Shown one piece after another: positions 48,753 to 61,624 of a DNA stretch of 64,000 nucleotides (the stretch's first letter is position 1; every line of letters begins with the position of its first letter). Source of the DNA: Macrostomum lignano (lineage: Eukaryota); NCBI GenBank assembly GCA_002269645.1, contig NIVC01001034.1:1-64000 (forward strand), given 5' to 3'. Both the position numbers and the translations under genes were made by a program. Under the pieces are notes generated by a model. The model ran no database searches. It was not told the origin of the DNA and worked only from the letters and a program-made list of their open reading frames with translations.

Positions 48753-50203
48753 ATAACAAAAAAGAATATAAGCTACATGCTTTCATAACTAATGCTACGC
48801 CGACAATCCTCAAGTTGACTGAAAAGTGAGTTGCAGTGATAAATTAGGTTGACTGGAAAGTGAGTTGCAATGATTTTGTTCTTGGAAAATAAATGTGAAA
48901 TGTACTTTTTTGTTAAACTAGAGTGTCTTTTCGACTCTTTTTTAATGGAGATCGTAAGACAAAACTTGACCTGCTCAGGGATTGTAAAACAAAAGAATGC
49001 CAAAAATTTGACCAAGAAAATTACACAAAGGATTTTTGCTAGAAAAGTGCATATAATATACTATTGAATTTAAATGAAGCAATGATAATACTATTACCAA
49101 TATTGATTTACTAAAGCTTCAAAGCCATAGTTTAGATATTGTATTAGTATATGCCAGATCTAATGCCAGAAAAAGTTACAAAACTTTGTTTATACACTTG
49201 ATCTAAAAATGTATTATTGACAATATTTTTTTTATTGTATCATGAATGCTAGGATATACTAACATATGCCAAAAAATGACAAGTTCCCTTGTTGTATACT
49301 CAGAAATATTGGTATATATGTTGCCTATACTCTAGATCATGTTGGATACATACCACAATATATACCAAGGAGTTTTTTGTTTGCACACTTATTGCTTGCC
49401 ATGCTGACCAATTACATGCCATGTATGCCATTGACAATAATTAACAATAGGTTTACAAACAAAAGCAAAAAATACATGCAAACATTATGTTTTAAAAATG
49501 CAGAAAAAGAACAAGGCTTGAAAAAATGTATAACCATAGGTATTTAAGCTCCTGAATATATTAAAAATAAAAAAGATGAAGTAGATTTTATGAGACTGTG
49601 AGTATTTTCAGAAATTTTAAAAGACTGCCCCACTATGATTATATCATACCACATGCACATTCTATGCCATCAATCTATTCCATGACATAGGGCATAGGGC
49701 CAATATGCCACATACCAAAATGCATGCCAGAAAATTCCAATTGTGATGTATGCATTCCAGAGTATGGCATGTATGGCCTTCTAAACTATGTCCTTAGAGC
49801 CAAAGAAGAAAAGTTCTGAAGTTTTGTTGAATTTAATTAGGTAAATACATTAGCAGAAAAAAAGTAATTTAGCATTTCTTTAATTCGGCTGGCTTTGCTT
49901 AAAGTTTTAAATGGTTTTATATAAAGGCAAGCTATGCTTGTCTTTTATTTGGTAATTTTAACCAAATATCAAAAATTCTATTACTTATTACTTGCATGAT
50001 TTAAAAGTCTACCACAAGTTACTAAATAAAATTCTGCAGAATTAGAGTCGGTTTCTAACTTCTACACAGCTTGTTATCTGATTTCCCTATTATCTACCCC
50101 TCCAAATTTGGCTTAGGACAAGCCAGAGTTTGTTTCTATTGTTACAAATCAGCAACAGGGATCACGAGTTACTGCCGTTTCACCGGCCTGTTTGTCACAT
50201 TTT

Positions 50204-53200
50204 ATGGAAAGTGTTAAGGACGGTGAGTAGTTTTATAGTTATCTGTCTTAGTTTAACTAAAGTGAATGTTACATACATACATGTCCATTAATTACAGACC
50301 TCAAGCGCTCCAATATGGATCACACTAATGAGCCTCCAAGCAAACGCCAGTTCACAGGTTCTAGGATTGAATTGCGCTTCTTGATACCATCCAAGGTTAG
50401 CTTTAAAATGATTTATGGCTGGATTGTTGCTTTGATTGACTTAAAGAGTAAAAGAGTCAGTAATGACGAACCATATTAAAATTAAAATAATTGTTAATTC
50501 CACTTTAGATGGCCGGCGTTATCATTGGCAAAGGAGGCAGCAATATTAAGAGAATGCGCGAGGAGGTAAGACAAAATTCTTGATCTTTTATTTCATTTTA
50601 TTCGAATCGTGATTACATTTAAAGAGCCTTGAATCTTTCAGTTTAGTTTTGAAAAATTGGGTTTTTTAGTTCATGTTTTAATGCCAATCTGAAGTAAAGG
50701 CATAGAACTCGCTAGTTAGCATTTTTAGTCTACTAATTTGGTAAGAATTGGTGTGTTAATTGTCCGTGTACGAGTATTTACCATCGGTTTATTTGTATTA
50801 CCAATATTGATGATTATTTATCCACCAGTGTCGCAGATTTTCATCAAACTACAGAATCCCTTTCTCAAATCTAGTAGAGCAGAGAGCACAGAAGCTCGTG
50901 TTTGCCGACGTCCCGGTCCCGTCTACCAGAAGACTTTGGGGGCTGACTGGGTGACCGATTGAATATTATTCCTGTCAGTCGCCTTGTTCCGCAACCGTTC
51001 GGTCCACCACACCTGACTGGCAGCGCCTGTTTACTCCTATCTGCCTGGCCTACGTTTTGACTTGACCATCGGGCCTTTTATAACCTCCCTGTGGGTTTCC
51101 GGCCCGTGTACATACGAGCGCGCGACTCGCAGCTACATGACAGCTCTTGCGATCAGTGGCCAACCTAATTAACTAACTTGACCGTTTTGTTAAGATTTGC
51201 ATTTATTCTATATAATGCAATTATTGCAAAACTCGCTCTATTCAAATAATTCCAGGGGACCTATTGACTAATTGACTTATTTAAATGCCTATTTTTGGCT
51301 CCTTAAGGGAGCCCACCTGCGCCTGTCAGCTACTGCCCGCGGCCGCCGACCTTAATAGCCTCCTGCCATCTCCGCCCCGTTTCTCCGCTTTCCAGTACTC
51401 CGCCAAAGTGTCCGTACCCGATTCCAATGGCCCTGAACGGTACTAGTCCCCTATTTGTTTTTTTGTCTGATATTATTTTGCATACCATGTGTTTTCATAG
51501 CAATTGTCCATTCTCTGCATCTGTTTCCCTCAACTAAGAAGCAAACATATCTCTTAAGTAAGATAAGATTAAAAATCACTCAGAAATCTAAATTCACAAT
51601 CACTGGTTTTCGCTTATTGAGTTCTTCTTAAGCAGACTTTCTTCCTCGCAACTGCTACTTTCCATCTCGCAATTGAGTCATACTGTTGAGTAGCTTTAAA
51701 TTATTCCTTTATGCAATTGAATTCGTCTAAAATGCGAAAAAACCTGTCGTCCGCTAATACTTTCCTAATTTATGGGAGCTAAATTTAGATAACGCAATAG
51801 ACAGCTGCGTTCATAGTTTGCTAAACATTCCGTCCGAGTCTTGATTTATTCAAAAGCAAAGCATTTGTGGACAAGATGTTTTGCAGTTTCGACGAATTCA
51901 ACCGCGAATGGGTACATTAAAAGCTATTTTAAGCCACCTAGTTCACTTATCCCTATTACTGATAAGAATAAGATTAGGTCCAAGCCGAAGAAACTCCCGT
52001 TTATAGACTACTGTAAGTAAATTAACAAACCACATATAAGTCGATAATAGCTATAAGTAGAATTACCACCGGAGTTAATAGTAGAAAAATCTTGTTACTC
52101 GTCAATGTTATAAGACTTACGCTTATCCCCCCCCCAAAATTCACCGACTCTCCGAATGTTCAGCGTGTTCACCCTGGAAGGCGAGCCCGACACTCTGCAG
52201 AGCATTCTGCGCGATCTATTCAACGCTTTATTGGAGGAATCTGCCGGACGCGACTCGCATCAGGGCGCCGTTAGTAGCACCGGCGAGATCGACATGCGAC
52301 TATTGGTGCACCAGTCTCAGGCTGGCTGCGTTATTGGCAAAGCTGGCGCCAAGATTAAGGAACTGCGAGAGGAGTCGCGTCTGCGAGCCCTTAAGGTTCG
52401 TAGCTTAATGTATCTGTATTCATTTTTTTCGGTCGCAGTGTAATTATCTGGTCATAGCTTCTAATCATGAGAATCGCTCATCAAGCCAGTCTAGCCATTG
52501 CCATTGAGAATCGCTCAACAAGCTAGTCTAGCCATTGGCATTGAGAATCGCTCATCAAGCCAGTCTAGTCATTGCCATTGAGAATCGCTTAACAAGCTAG
52601 TCTAGCCATTGGCATTGAGAATCGCTCATCAAGCCAGTCTAGTCATTGCCATTGAGAATCGCTCATCAAGCTAGTCCAGCCATTGGCATTGAGAATCGCT
52701 CATCAAGCCAGTCTAGTCATTGCCATTGAGAATCGCTCATCAAGCCAGTCTAGCCATTGGCATTGAGAATCGCTCATCAAGCCAGTCTAGTCATTGCCAT
52801 TGAGAATCGCTCATCAAGCTAGTCCAGCCATTGGCATTGAGAATCGCTCATCAAGCTAGTCCAGCCATTGGCATTGAGAATCGCTCATCAAGCCAGTCTA
52901 GTCATTGCCATTGAGAATCGCTCATCAAGCCAGTCTAGCCATTGGCATTGAGAATCGCTCATCAAGCCAGTCTAGTCATTGCCATTGAGAATCGCTCATC
53001 AAGCCAGTCTAGCCATTGGCATTGAGAATCGCTCATCAAGCTAGTCTAGCTATTGATAATCGCCCTTCAGAGGTTCGATTATAACAATGGTCTGTTTTAG
53101 ATAATCTTTATAACTGACCGACCACCACTGCCACAGGTGTACTCGAACCCCTGCCCGGTGTCCACCGATCGGGTTGTACAGCTGGTTGGCGCGCCTGAAG

Positions 53201-54715
53201 AGCTGCTGAAATCCATCCAGATGGTGTTGGAACTGCTGGAGCTGGCTCCGCCTAAAGGCCAGGTGGCCAACTATGATGCCAGAAATTTCGACGAATTTAA
53301 CTATGAACAGTATGGCGGCTGGATTGGCGGCGGCCAAACTCGATCCGTCCGGCCCGATGGCATCGGCAACATGGGCGGCCCAGTTGGCTACGGCGCTGCT
53401 CCGCCCCACCACATGGGCCGAGGCGGGATGCCGCCGCAGCCGGCCGCGCCTCAGGCTATGCAACGGGGCGGACCGCAGCTTGGCGGTCCTCCGATGGGCG
53501 GCGCTATGCAGCCTGGCGCTCCGCCTCCGCCGCCTGGCGCATTCGGCGGTCCGAGGCCAGGAGCTCCGCGCGGTATGGAGACAACCCAGCAGGTGCGTAA
53601 TCAATTAGGAGTGAGTAATGAGTCAACCAACTCTGGTTGTCATTGGCTCATAGATAAACTGCTATTGCTACTGATGAGTAGCATATTAAACCGTTCTGTT
53701 TCATTGCAAAACCCAAACTTGAATTAACCCAGGTATCGATCCCAGACTCGCTCACCGGCTCCATCATGGGCCGAGGCGGCCAGCGGATTAAACAGATTCG
53801 CATGGAATCTGGCGCCGATATCAAAATTGACAAGGGCGAGCCAGGCCAAGATCGGATCATTACTATTAGGGGATCGCAGGAGCAGATTCAGAATGCTCAG
53901 TACCTGCTGCAGATGTGGTAAGTGTGTTATCTAGCTTTGCTGTTCACCGTTTATTATAAGCTGTCTTTGTATATTGTATGCACGTGTTGTATGCTGTCTA
54001 TATGTTGTGTACCGTTACTAAAATGGCTATTTGTTTGCACCTGACCCTCCAATATCCCCATATTCCCCCGAGTACCATATGGCTAGCCGGGCGTGGAAGA
54101 CCAGTGTTTGTTGTCCCGCTGTGATATCTGACGAGAATAGAAGGAGGAAAGAAAAGAGGGCAAATTTAATAGACAATGCAGCAAATTAGTTTTGGTTTGC
54201 AGTTATCCAACTGTGCTTGTCCCGTATTTATATTCCAGTGCTGCCTTTATATTCACCCCAGTGTGATGACGGACTGAAGCATGTGTGGTGTGCTAAGTTT
54301 TGTACTCTTTCTGTGCAATCATCATTACTGTTATTTGCTTGCTAAATTATTTTTGTTTTTTTCTTTCCCTTTTCTATTCGTTCGTTTTGGGCCAACAATT
54401 ACTGTCTTCCGCGTTTGCAGCCCCTGATCATCGAATAAGATTATTGCTCTCCCTCAGCTGTCACGCACTTGCATGTTAGCTGTTGTACTGTCAATTAACA
54501 ATTAACATACATCAGTCATTAGATTTTGCGCAATGCAAGTTAAGCAGATTTGGCCGTGGTTAGTATGAACTGCTAGAGCTGTCTTGGACTGCATGGCCAC
54601 CTTGCGTATTTTATATTTCAGTTCATCTCACACCTCGATAATCCTGCTTAATCCCAAAAAATCGACCCCCCCAATCTTCACTTGCAGCGTGAAGAAGTAC
54701 TCCGGACAGTACTAA
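50204..54715 (+). CDS. HNRNPK: Heterogeneous nuclear ribonucleoprotein K (3 KH domains), ~372 aa, 8 coding exons
   Basis: Exons 50204-50222, 50298-50395, 50509-50565, 51396-51439, 52164-52395, 53137-53592, 53733-53917 and 54688-54715, all phases consistent (1119 nt). KH1 [18 protein letters not shown]; KH2 [18 protein letters not shown]; [14 protein letters not shown]; KH3 [17 protein letters not shown]...[20 protein letters not shown]. Confidence 0.95.
52470..53052. repeat. 37-bp minisatellite (gccattggcattgagaatcgctcatcaagccagtcta) in hnRNP K intron 5
   Basis: About 16 copies. Confidence 0.95.
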
Positions 54716-56988
54716 GTCGGGATGCTGATATCCCTCAGTCGCTGGATGAATTTGATCGACTTACGAATACACAAACCGTGCGACTCTCGTATGACTAAAA
54801 TCGATATGATCAACTGTTTTCATTGCATTCTGTGACTGTTTTGGTTCTCTAATCCATTTTCCCTAAAATATTCAATAATCGTTACTTAAAAACAGGATCA
54901 CACTGCAATCTTCGCGTTTTTGGGAATCTGGGGATCTTTAAACCCTTTTGGTATGTCGGTTGTGCCTGTTTAACTTCTCGTTCCTTTTGTTGCAAATATT
55001 CATTATGCTATATATTTTTGCGTACAACTTTTATTACGCGTGTATTTTTATATAGCTTAATAATAACCATTTTACTAGGCGGCTATGTATGTTGTAAATT
55101 ATTTAGCTAGCTACTATAGTAAACCAAGCCTCTAAATTCGGGAAAATTGTGCGTAAATCCCTCTCCAACCAAACCCCCGTTTATACTAGCTGTTTGTTTC
55201 TACTTATTGTCACTTCTATAAGTAGTATAGTAAGTCCCATTTTCCCCTTAACTTTGTTTCGCAACAGCAAATATACTACCAATTTATTAAGCTGACTCCT
55301 ATTCATTGTTTAGTTCTTATAATAAATCCAAAAGTCTTCAAATAGCAACAGCAAACAAATTCACTTCGTTGTCTTTTTTCGATTTGCGTTAAAGCGACTT
55401 GACTTACTGAACTTCGCGGGAGGAGGATGCTCCTGTCAAAATGGTGATGAGGTGTCCAATTAGTATCAAACCTATCTGACTGCCTTGGCAGAGAGTGAAC
55501 ATGCATTGTACACTTCTATTGCGCAGGAGAGCGTACATCTCTTGGCATTTTCGCGGCCGTGGCCAGTCACCGCGATGCCCAGATTATAAAAAAACGCGGT
55601 TATTAATAATACAGCTAGCTCTAAAATTGGATACACGTGTTGTATTTTAATTATAGTTCTCTATTAATGTCTGACAAAAAATTTGATCGACTAAACGCAG
55701 TAATAACTATTCCTACGGCATATCTGCTTGCTGTATCAGTTCGATGTCTGACAGCCGGCTTGTGTACGTAGCTAGATATATAGTTATTATCGAGAATATC
55801 ATTGTACTTCAGACTGGTAGATACCAAGTTCCGATCCTATAGTCGACTAGTGATTATTTCATTTCTATAAATTTGGGAAATTGCTAAATTTGGTGCCTAC
55901 GGCTTGCCCCGCAACGATGCCAATACTGCATGTAACAGTGTAGAAGACAAGTACATGGTCGCATGATATGTGTGTACTGTTTTAATTTCTGTTTATATCC
56001 TAATGTATTACCGGTACATGATTACATTTACAAACATGGTACATTTTTATGTAACTTACTGTAAATGTATGTAGCTCTTTCTTGTGAACTGATATAATGT
56101 ACATGTAAAACTTTCTCGTTATTACACTTGTTTTATACCAGTGTAAATTACGAAAGGTTACATAGTCCATATACATGTTACATTTAGGATCTTGAGGCTT
56201 ATAAATTGAAACTGATTCAAATTGAAAGTGATGCTAGCATGTCAGATATTTTTTTTAAATAATTCAGATCATTAAAAGAGCCAATTGGCTTTCACAATTA
56301 AATACGAGCGTGTTTGTATTTTAATGGTTACAGTGAGACTATATATAACTATTTTTAATTAGTACGTTTAATAGATCAAAATATGAAATTAGATGCGCAA
56401 TGCAATGTGACATACATTATAATGTGAAGCTGTACATGTATTAACATTTGCTTGTCAAATACTACTCAAATTTTACCGAAAAATTACATTACGAAGATAG
56501 AAGGTTGTCATTTTTTCATCACAAAAATTGTTGTTGCTTTTGATAGGAGGGCCGACCCAATGTTCTGCATCTTTATTATAAGCTCTATATATTGATATTC
56601 ATATACAGCTTTCGTTTTTATAAAATTATGATTCTGCACATACAGAACTAATTTTCTAAACGAAAAGTATTATGAATATCAATAGATCGAGAGCTATAGA
56701 TAGGAAAGGCAAGACATATCAAAAGATGAACACTGGGTCTGCCTCCTATCCAAAGCAATAACATTTTTTGTGCCGAAAAATGAAAACCTAGCTCCTATCT
56801 CCGTAGTGTATTTCCGCGGTAAAAACCTGCCTCCTAAAAATTTCCAAGAAATGTACGTTCCCGTCCTACTTGAGTAGTCCTTGGTACATAAAGAGAGACA
56901 CGCATATGCACATATGCAACGACTATATTTAGCTATTAGTAATGCGTTTACATTATCTACATCATTGAAATTACATGTATATCAGCTG

Positions 56989-57439
56989 TCAAGAAAAAAC
57001 TGTCAACTCCACTTTCCATGGACTTAATTGGACTTTCGATTTCGATGATGCCGACTCGCCGATGCGCTGATTGACAGCTGCAGGCGACTCTCCTGTAGCA
57101 TCCTCGGTCCGTACACATTCCTGTTCAAGCCGGATTCGCTTACTGATGTCCTGATGGCCGGATTCAGGCTGCCGAAGTTCAACTGAATCACTCGATGATG
57201 ATGAGCGTTTTTGTTGGGCGCAATGCTCGCCAATCGGCTGATCGCGACTGTGTCGCTGTGGAGGGCTCGCCGTTGCCGCCAGTCTCACCAGCTGGTCTCG
57301 AGCTCGGCCGGCCATACCGGCTATCAGTAGGCTGCGTCTCAAATCAATTCCGCTGCGTTTGCGTCGCTGCTGGAGGGCCTTAGCAACCGACAGCTGTAGA
57401 AGTCCGCGAGCTACCGCCACGGCCGAATGGTATCGTTGG

Positions 57440-57474
<35 letters not shown>

Positions 57475-57525
57475 CGGCTTCTCACTACCATCTTCATTGT
57501 TCATGATTTCTGTCTGTCTGTCCAT
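56989..57525 (-). CDS. Intronless immediate-early-response (IER2/IER5-family) protein, 178 aa
   Basis: ARGLLQLSVAKALQQRRKRSGIDLRRSLLIAGMAGRARDQL aligns to the IER N-terminal motif (AQRIMTLSVWK..HSR.QRGGL.LHRSL..SLVMRSARELY). PolyQ N-terminus, single exon as in vertebrate IERs. Confidence 0.75.
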
Positions 57526-57612
57526 AAGTTGAAACCAATTCTAATGGCCGGCAGCTTAGTTCAGCTTTTTGAAGAAGTCAGCTGGCGGTCTACAATTCCC
57601 ATAAACGGTAAA

Positions 57613-57620
57613 TTTTTATA
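57613..57620 (-). promoter_or_regulatory. Candidate TATA box of the IER-like gene
   Basis: TATAAAAA on the minus strand ~90 bp upstream of the ATG, preceded by a GC-box-like GGGGGGGCGG. Confidence 0.45.
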
Positions 57621-58494
57621 CCGAATGGGGGGGCGGTCGGTCACGGTCGCAGCTTTAATAAGCCCAGACGGCCAGACCCTCTCTTTAATTATAGACCTCG
57701 CTGCAGTGAAGGCTAAAACTGCCGTGTGCCAGAAAACCGCCCACTCGATTTCTGCCCCCACTTCAATTGCACCCACCCCCACTGTGCGCGAGTTTTATTC
57801 ATCCATGGGTGGGTGGTGTTGGCTTCGTCTGAGCTAAAAATAGAATCGCCGCGGCCGAAACAACAACCCCGCCGCCTGATTGTCCTGATATTAACTAAAC
57901 TGTGCTAAAAATAGCCACCCAATGGAGGGATTCCCCTTCAGCCACCAACCCCCTCCGCGCCCAGCCCTCTCAATCCAAATGCGGGGGTGTGAAAAACTAA
58001 AAAGTCGGTTGGTTCAAGCCTTGACTGCTGTCAGCCAATTTCCATTCACAGTTAAATGCTGGCTGGGGGCATGGGGGCGGCACGGCGGACTGAAATGAAT
58101 TATTCTGCACGGACTTTGCTGCTCAAACGGGCCGCGGGCGCTATATTATTGTTTTCGCCACATTCAGCAGTTCGTTTCTGGTGCGCTAATTTATAGTTGG
58201 ATATGCGAGTGTTTCAAAAGCAAATTTTTACCATCTTCAATCACTGTATAATACGTACTTATACAGTACTTATACAGTTCTTATACATGTACTTATACAG
58301 GCTGCGGAATACCTATTTGGTATTTAGAAACGCACTTAATCTGTTGTTATACTAAACAGACGTTTACATGTTAATACTTCCAATTCTTGCCTTGGCCATC
58401 AGACATACAAGGATTATCCAAGGAGAAAATCGAGATATCATATCCAAAGTATTCTATCATTGGAGAGCAGCAACGCTAAAAAATGTACAGTTTT

Positions 58495-58755
58495 ACACTT
58501 TACAGTTTACAGTTTACAGTTTACAGTTTACAGTTTACATTTTACAGTTTACAGTTTACAGTTTACGAGCGTACAGTTTACAGTTTACAGTTTACAGTTT
58601 ACAGTTTACAGTTTTCAGTTTACAGTTTACAGTTTACTGTTTTACAGTTTACTGTTTTACAGTTTACAGTTTACAGTTAACCGTTTACAGTTTACAGTTT
58701 ACAGTTTACAGTTTACTGTTTTACAGTTTACAGTTTACAGTTTTACAGTTTACAG
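58495..58755. repeat. 7-bp microsatellite (TTTACAG)n
   Basis: Direct inspection. Confidence 0.95.
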
Positions 58756-59469
58756 CAAACTGTATAAACCGCTTGCTGGTTTCATTTGGAATGATTCATT
58801 TGGAATTTGGAAGTCTTTAAAGCTGAATGAAATATTAGGAATTTCAGGACTGAAAAAGTCAGCCCAGCCCGCACACAGATTAAAAATGGAGAACTATTGA
58901 AATTACATATTTCCTGTATTCTCTCAATTTTGTTAAAATTGATACGCTTGATTCATCGGATATCCCTTATAATTGATTTCCAAAAATGGTACACTCGATG
59001 TCGCGGCTCCCACGCAGATGCGCATCATTTATCCTGCCTCCTACACGATAACTAAGCTTTAAGCCATCTAACAAATTATTATAATCTTCGGATGATTGCA
59101 GAATTTACAGTCGGCAATACCCAAATATCAGCTATTACCCAGAAATTATTTTAGAATCTGCCTCCCTGGCCTCTCTTAAAACGGATTTGAATTGGAACTT
59201 AATTAATTCTTGAAACCGTACTGTTAACTATATTTTTCATTTAATAAAAAGTTATGACCATACAGTTACTTTTCTTTTTGTTAAGATGCGCCACATCTCT
59301 CAGTCGGTCCAAACGAACCGATAAAATGTCAATGCGCAGTCAAATTTTTCTGGGCTTTAAAAGATTAAACAATATAATGAGTTCCGCATTGTACATAAAT
59401 AGTGATACTACTAGCAACTATCGTAAAAGTAATAAGTAGTAAGAATGGGGCCGCCCTCGCCAGGGGCGC

Positions 59470-60485
59470 CAGCGCGATCCAAGCGGCGCCATCCAGGGTC
59501 ACCATCCAGGGTCACTATCCAGGGTCACCATCCAGGGTCACCATCCAGGGTCACCATCCAGGGTCACCATCCAGGGTCACCATCCAGGGTCATCATCCAG
59601 GGTCACCATCCAGGGTCACCATCCAGGGTCACCATCCAAGTGCGCCATTCAAGGGTGCCATTCAAGAGCGCCATCCAAGGGTGCCATCCAAGGGTGCCAT
59701 CCAAGGGTGCCATCCAAGGGTGCCATCCAAGGGTGCCATCCAAGCGGCGCCATCCAGGGTCACCATCCAGTGTCACCATCCAGGGTCACCATCCAGGGTC
59801 ACCATCCAGGGTCACCATCCAGGGTCACCATCCAAGTGCGCCATTCAAGGGTGCCATTTAAGAGCGCCATCCAAGGGTGCCATCCAAGGGTGCCATCCAA
59901 GGGTGCCATCCAAGGGTGCCATCCAAGGGTGCCATCCAAGCGGCGCCATCCAGGGTCACCATCCAGGGTCACCATCCAGGGTCACCATCCAGGGTCACCA
60001 TCCAGGGTCACCATCCAGGGTCACCATCCAGGGTCACCATCCAGGGTCACCATCCAGGGTCACCATCCAGGGTCACCATCCAGGGTCACCATCCAGGGTC
60101 ACCATCCAGGGTCACCATCCAGGGTCACCATCCAGGGTCACCATCCAGGGTCACCATCCAGGGTCACCATCCAGGGTCACCATCCAGGGTCACCATCCAG
60201 GGTCACCATCCAGGGTCACCATCCAGGGTCACCATCCAAGTGCGCCATTCAAGGGTGCCATTCAAGAGCGCCATCCAAGGGTGCCATCCAAGGGTGCCAT
60301 CCAAGGGTGCCATCCAAGGGTGCCATCCAAGGGTGCCATCCAAGGGTGCCATCCAAGGGTGCCATCCAAGGGTGCCATCCAAGGGTGCCATCCAAGGGTG
60401 CCATCCAAGGGTGCCATCCAAGGGTGCCATCCAAGGGTGCCATCCAAGGGTGCCATCCAAGGGTGCCATCCAAGGGTGCCATCCA
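59470..60485. repeat. 13-bp minisatellite with two variants (ccatccagggtca / ccatccaagggtg) in alternating blocks
   Basis: Three A-block/B-block cycles separated by the same linker, tgcgccattcaagggtgccattYaagagcg. Confidence 0.93.
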
Positions 60486-60764
60486 TGAACGTCAGCCAGA
60501 AGCGCCGATCCCGGGTGCGCCATAACAGGGCGCCATTCCCAACGAGCGCCAAAGCTGCTGCAAAAGACACGCCACATGCATTTGCCATTCCTCAATAGAG
60601 GGAGTCAGCAAGGCTTCTTAGTCCTAAAAACTGCGCTCTTCAGTGGTGGAATAGCTAGGAAGCAAGGCATTCAAAAGTTCTTTTATACTGTTATTCAAGG
60701 TCCTCTTAAACTTTTATACTCATTAATTTAAGCTAATTTATAGCTCGTATGTAGCTGACAGTAA

Positions 60765-60786
60765 AGTACTACTACTACTACTACTG

Positions 60787-60818
<32 letters not shown>

Positions 60819-60837
60819 GCTACTACTACTACTACTG

Positions 60838-60875
<38 letters not shown>

Positions 60876-60876
60876 G

Positions 60877-60971
<95 letters not shown>

Positions 60972-60984
60972 GCTACTACTACTG

Positions 60985-61042
<58 letters not shown>
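60765..61042. repeat. (TAC)n trinucleotide microsatellite, ~92 units
   Basis: Direct inspection; it explains the polyV and polyS ORFs. Confidence 0.97.
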
Positions 61043-61045
<3 letters not shown>

Positions 61046-61521
61046 GGCAGACACAGAAATAGCAAATTTCTATAATTAACAGAAGCGTAACAGTGCCATC
61101 AATCAAAACCTCTAAGCTTCTATTTAGTAAAAAAGAATCATACTTTCTATATCGTCAATGGCTATTCTTCCACACGTAGGGGCAACGCCCTTATGAGCCT
61201 CCAACGCTTAGAGTGCGCGCCACTAAATTAAAAGAGTTTTGACTGCTTGCTCTGGTTTAGAGTGACTAAATTTGGGTTGTTATGCAGAGAGTATTACAGA
61301 ACTCGGAGAAGAGATGAATGTCGGTGAGTGCAGTAACCCTGGTCAATGCGCGATGTTTCTCCAGGCGTAAGCAATTAACACACAGCCAGGCATTGTACAG
61401 ATTTTCTGGTTAATAACCCTCAGCATCTGAAGCTGCACAGAGCCGAAGCGACAGGCTTGAGCTGAGAGAATAGCTCTCGTACAGTCACTGGACAGATGCT
61501 TTTAAGACGCACTCAGTTCTG

Positions 61522-61535
61522 GTTGCCATGGCGAC
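61522..61535. promoter_or_regulatory. RFX X-box (GTTGCCATGGCGAC) 90 bp upstream of the stomatin-like ATG
   Basis: Matches the RTHNYYWTRRNRAC consensus at all positions; position is typical of DAF-19/RFX targets. Confidence 0.6.
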
Positions 61536-61624
61536 GCACAGATAGCTGCAAAAGCTTGTGTAGAAAAACAGTATTTATTTAGACGACCAAAATACCCCGT
61601 GACCAGCGCCCCCCCCCGCGCTTC

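Noticed and set aside
54263-54430. C/D-box snoRNA candidate (GTGATGA ... CTGA) in hnRNP K intron 7
   Set aside because: Box spacing is too long, with no terminal stem or recognisable rRNA guide.
58368-61106. Long ORFs at 58.4, 59.4-60.6 and 60.7-61.1 kb (YSLQFTV, VTIQGHHPGSPS, polyS/polyV)
   Set aside because: Translations of the 7-bp, 13-bp and 3-bp tandem repeats.
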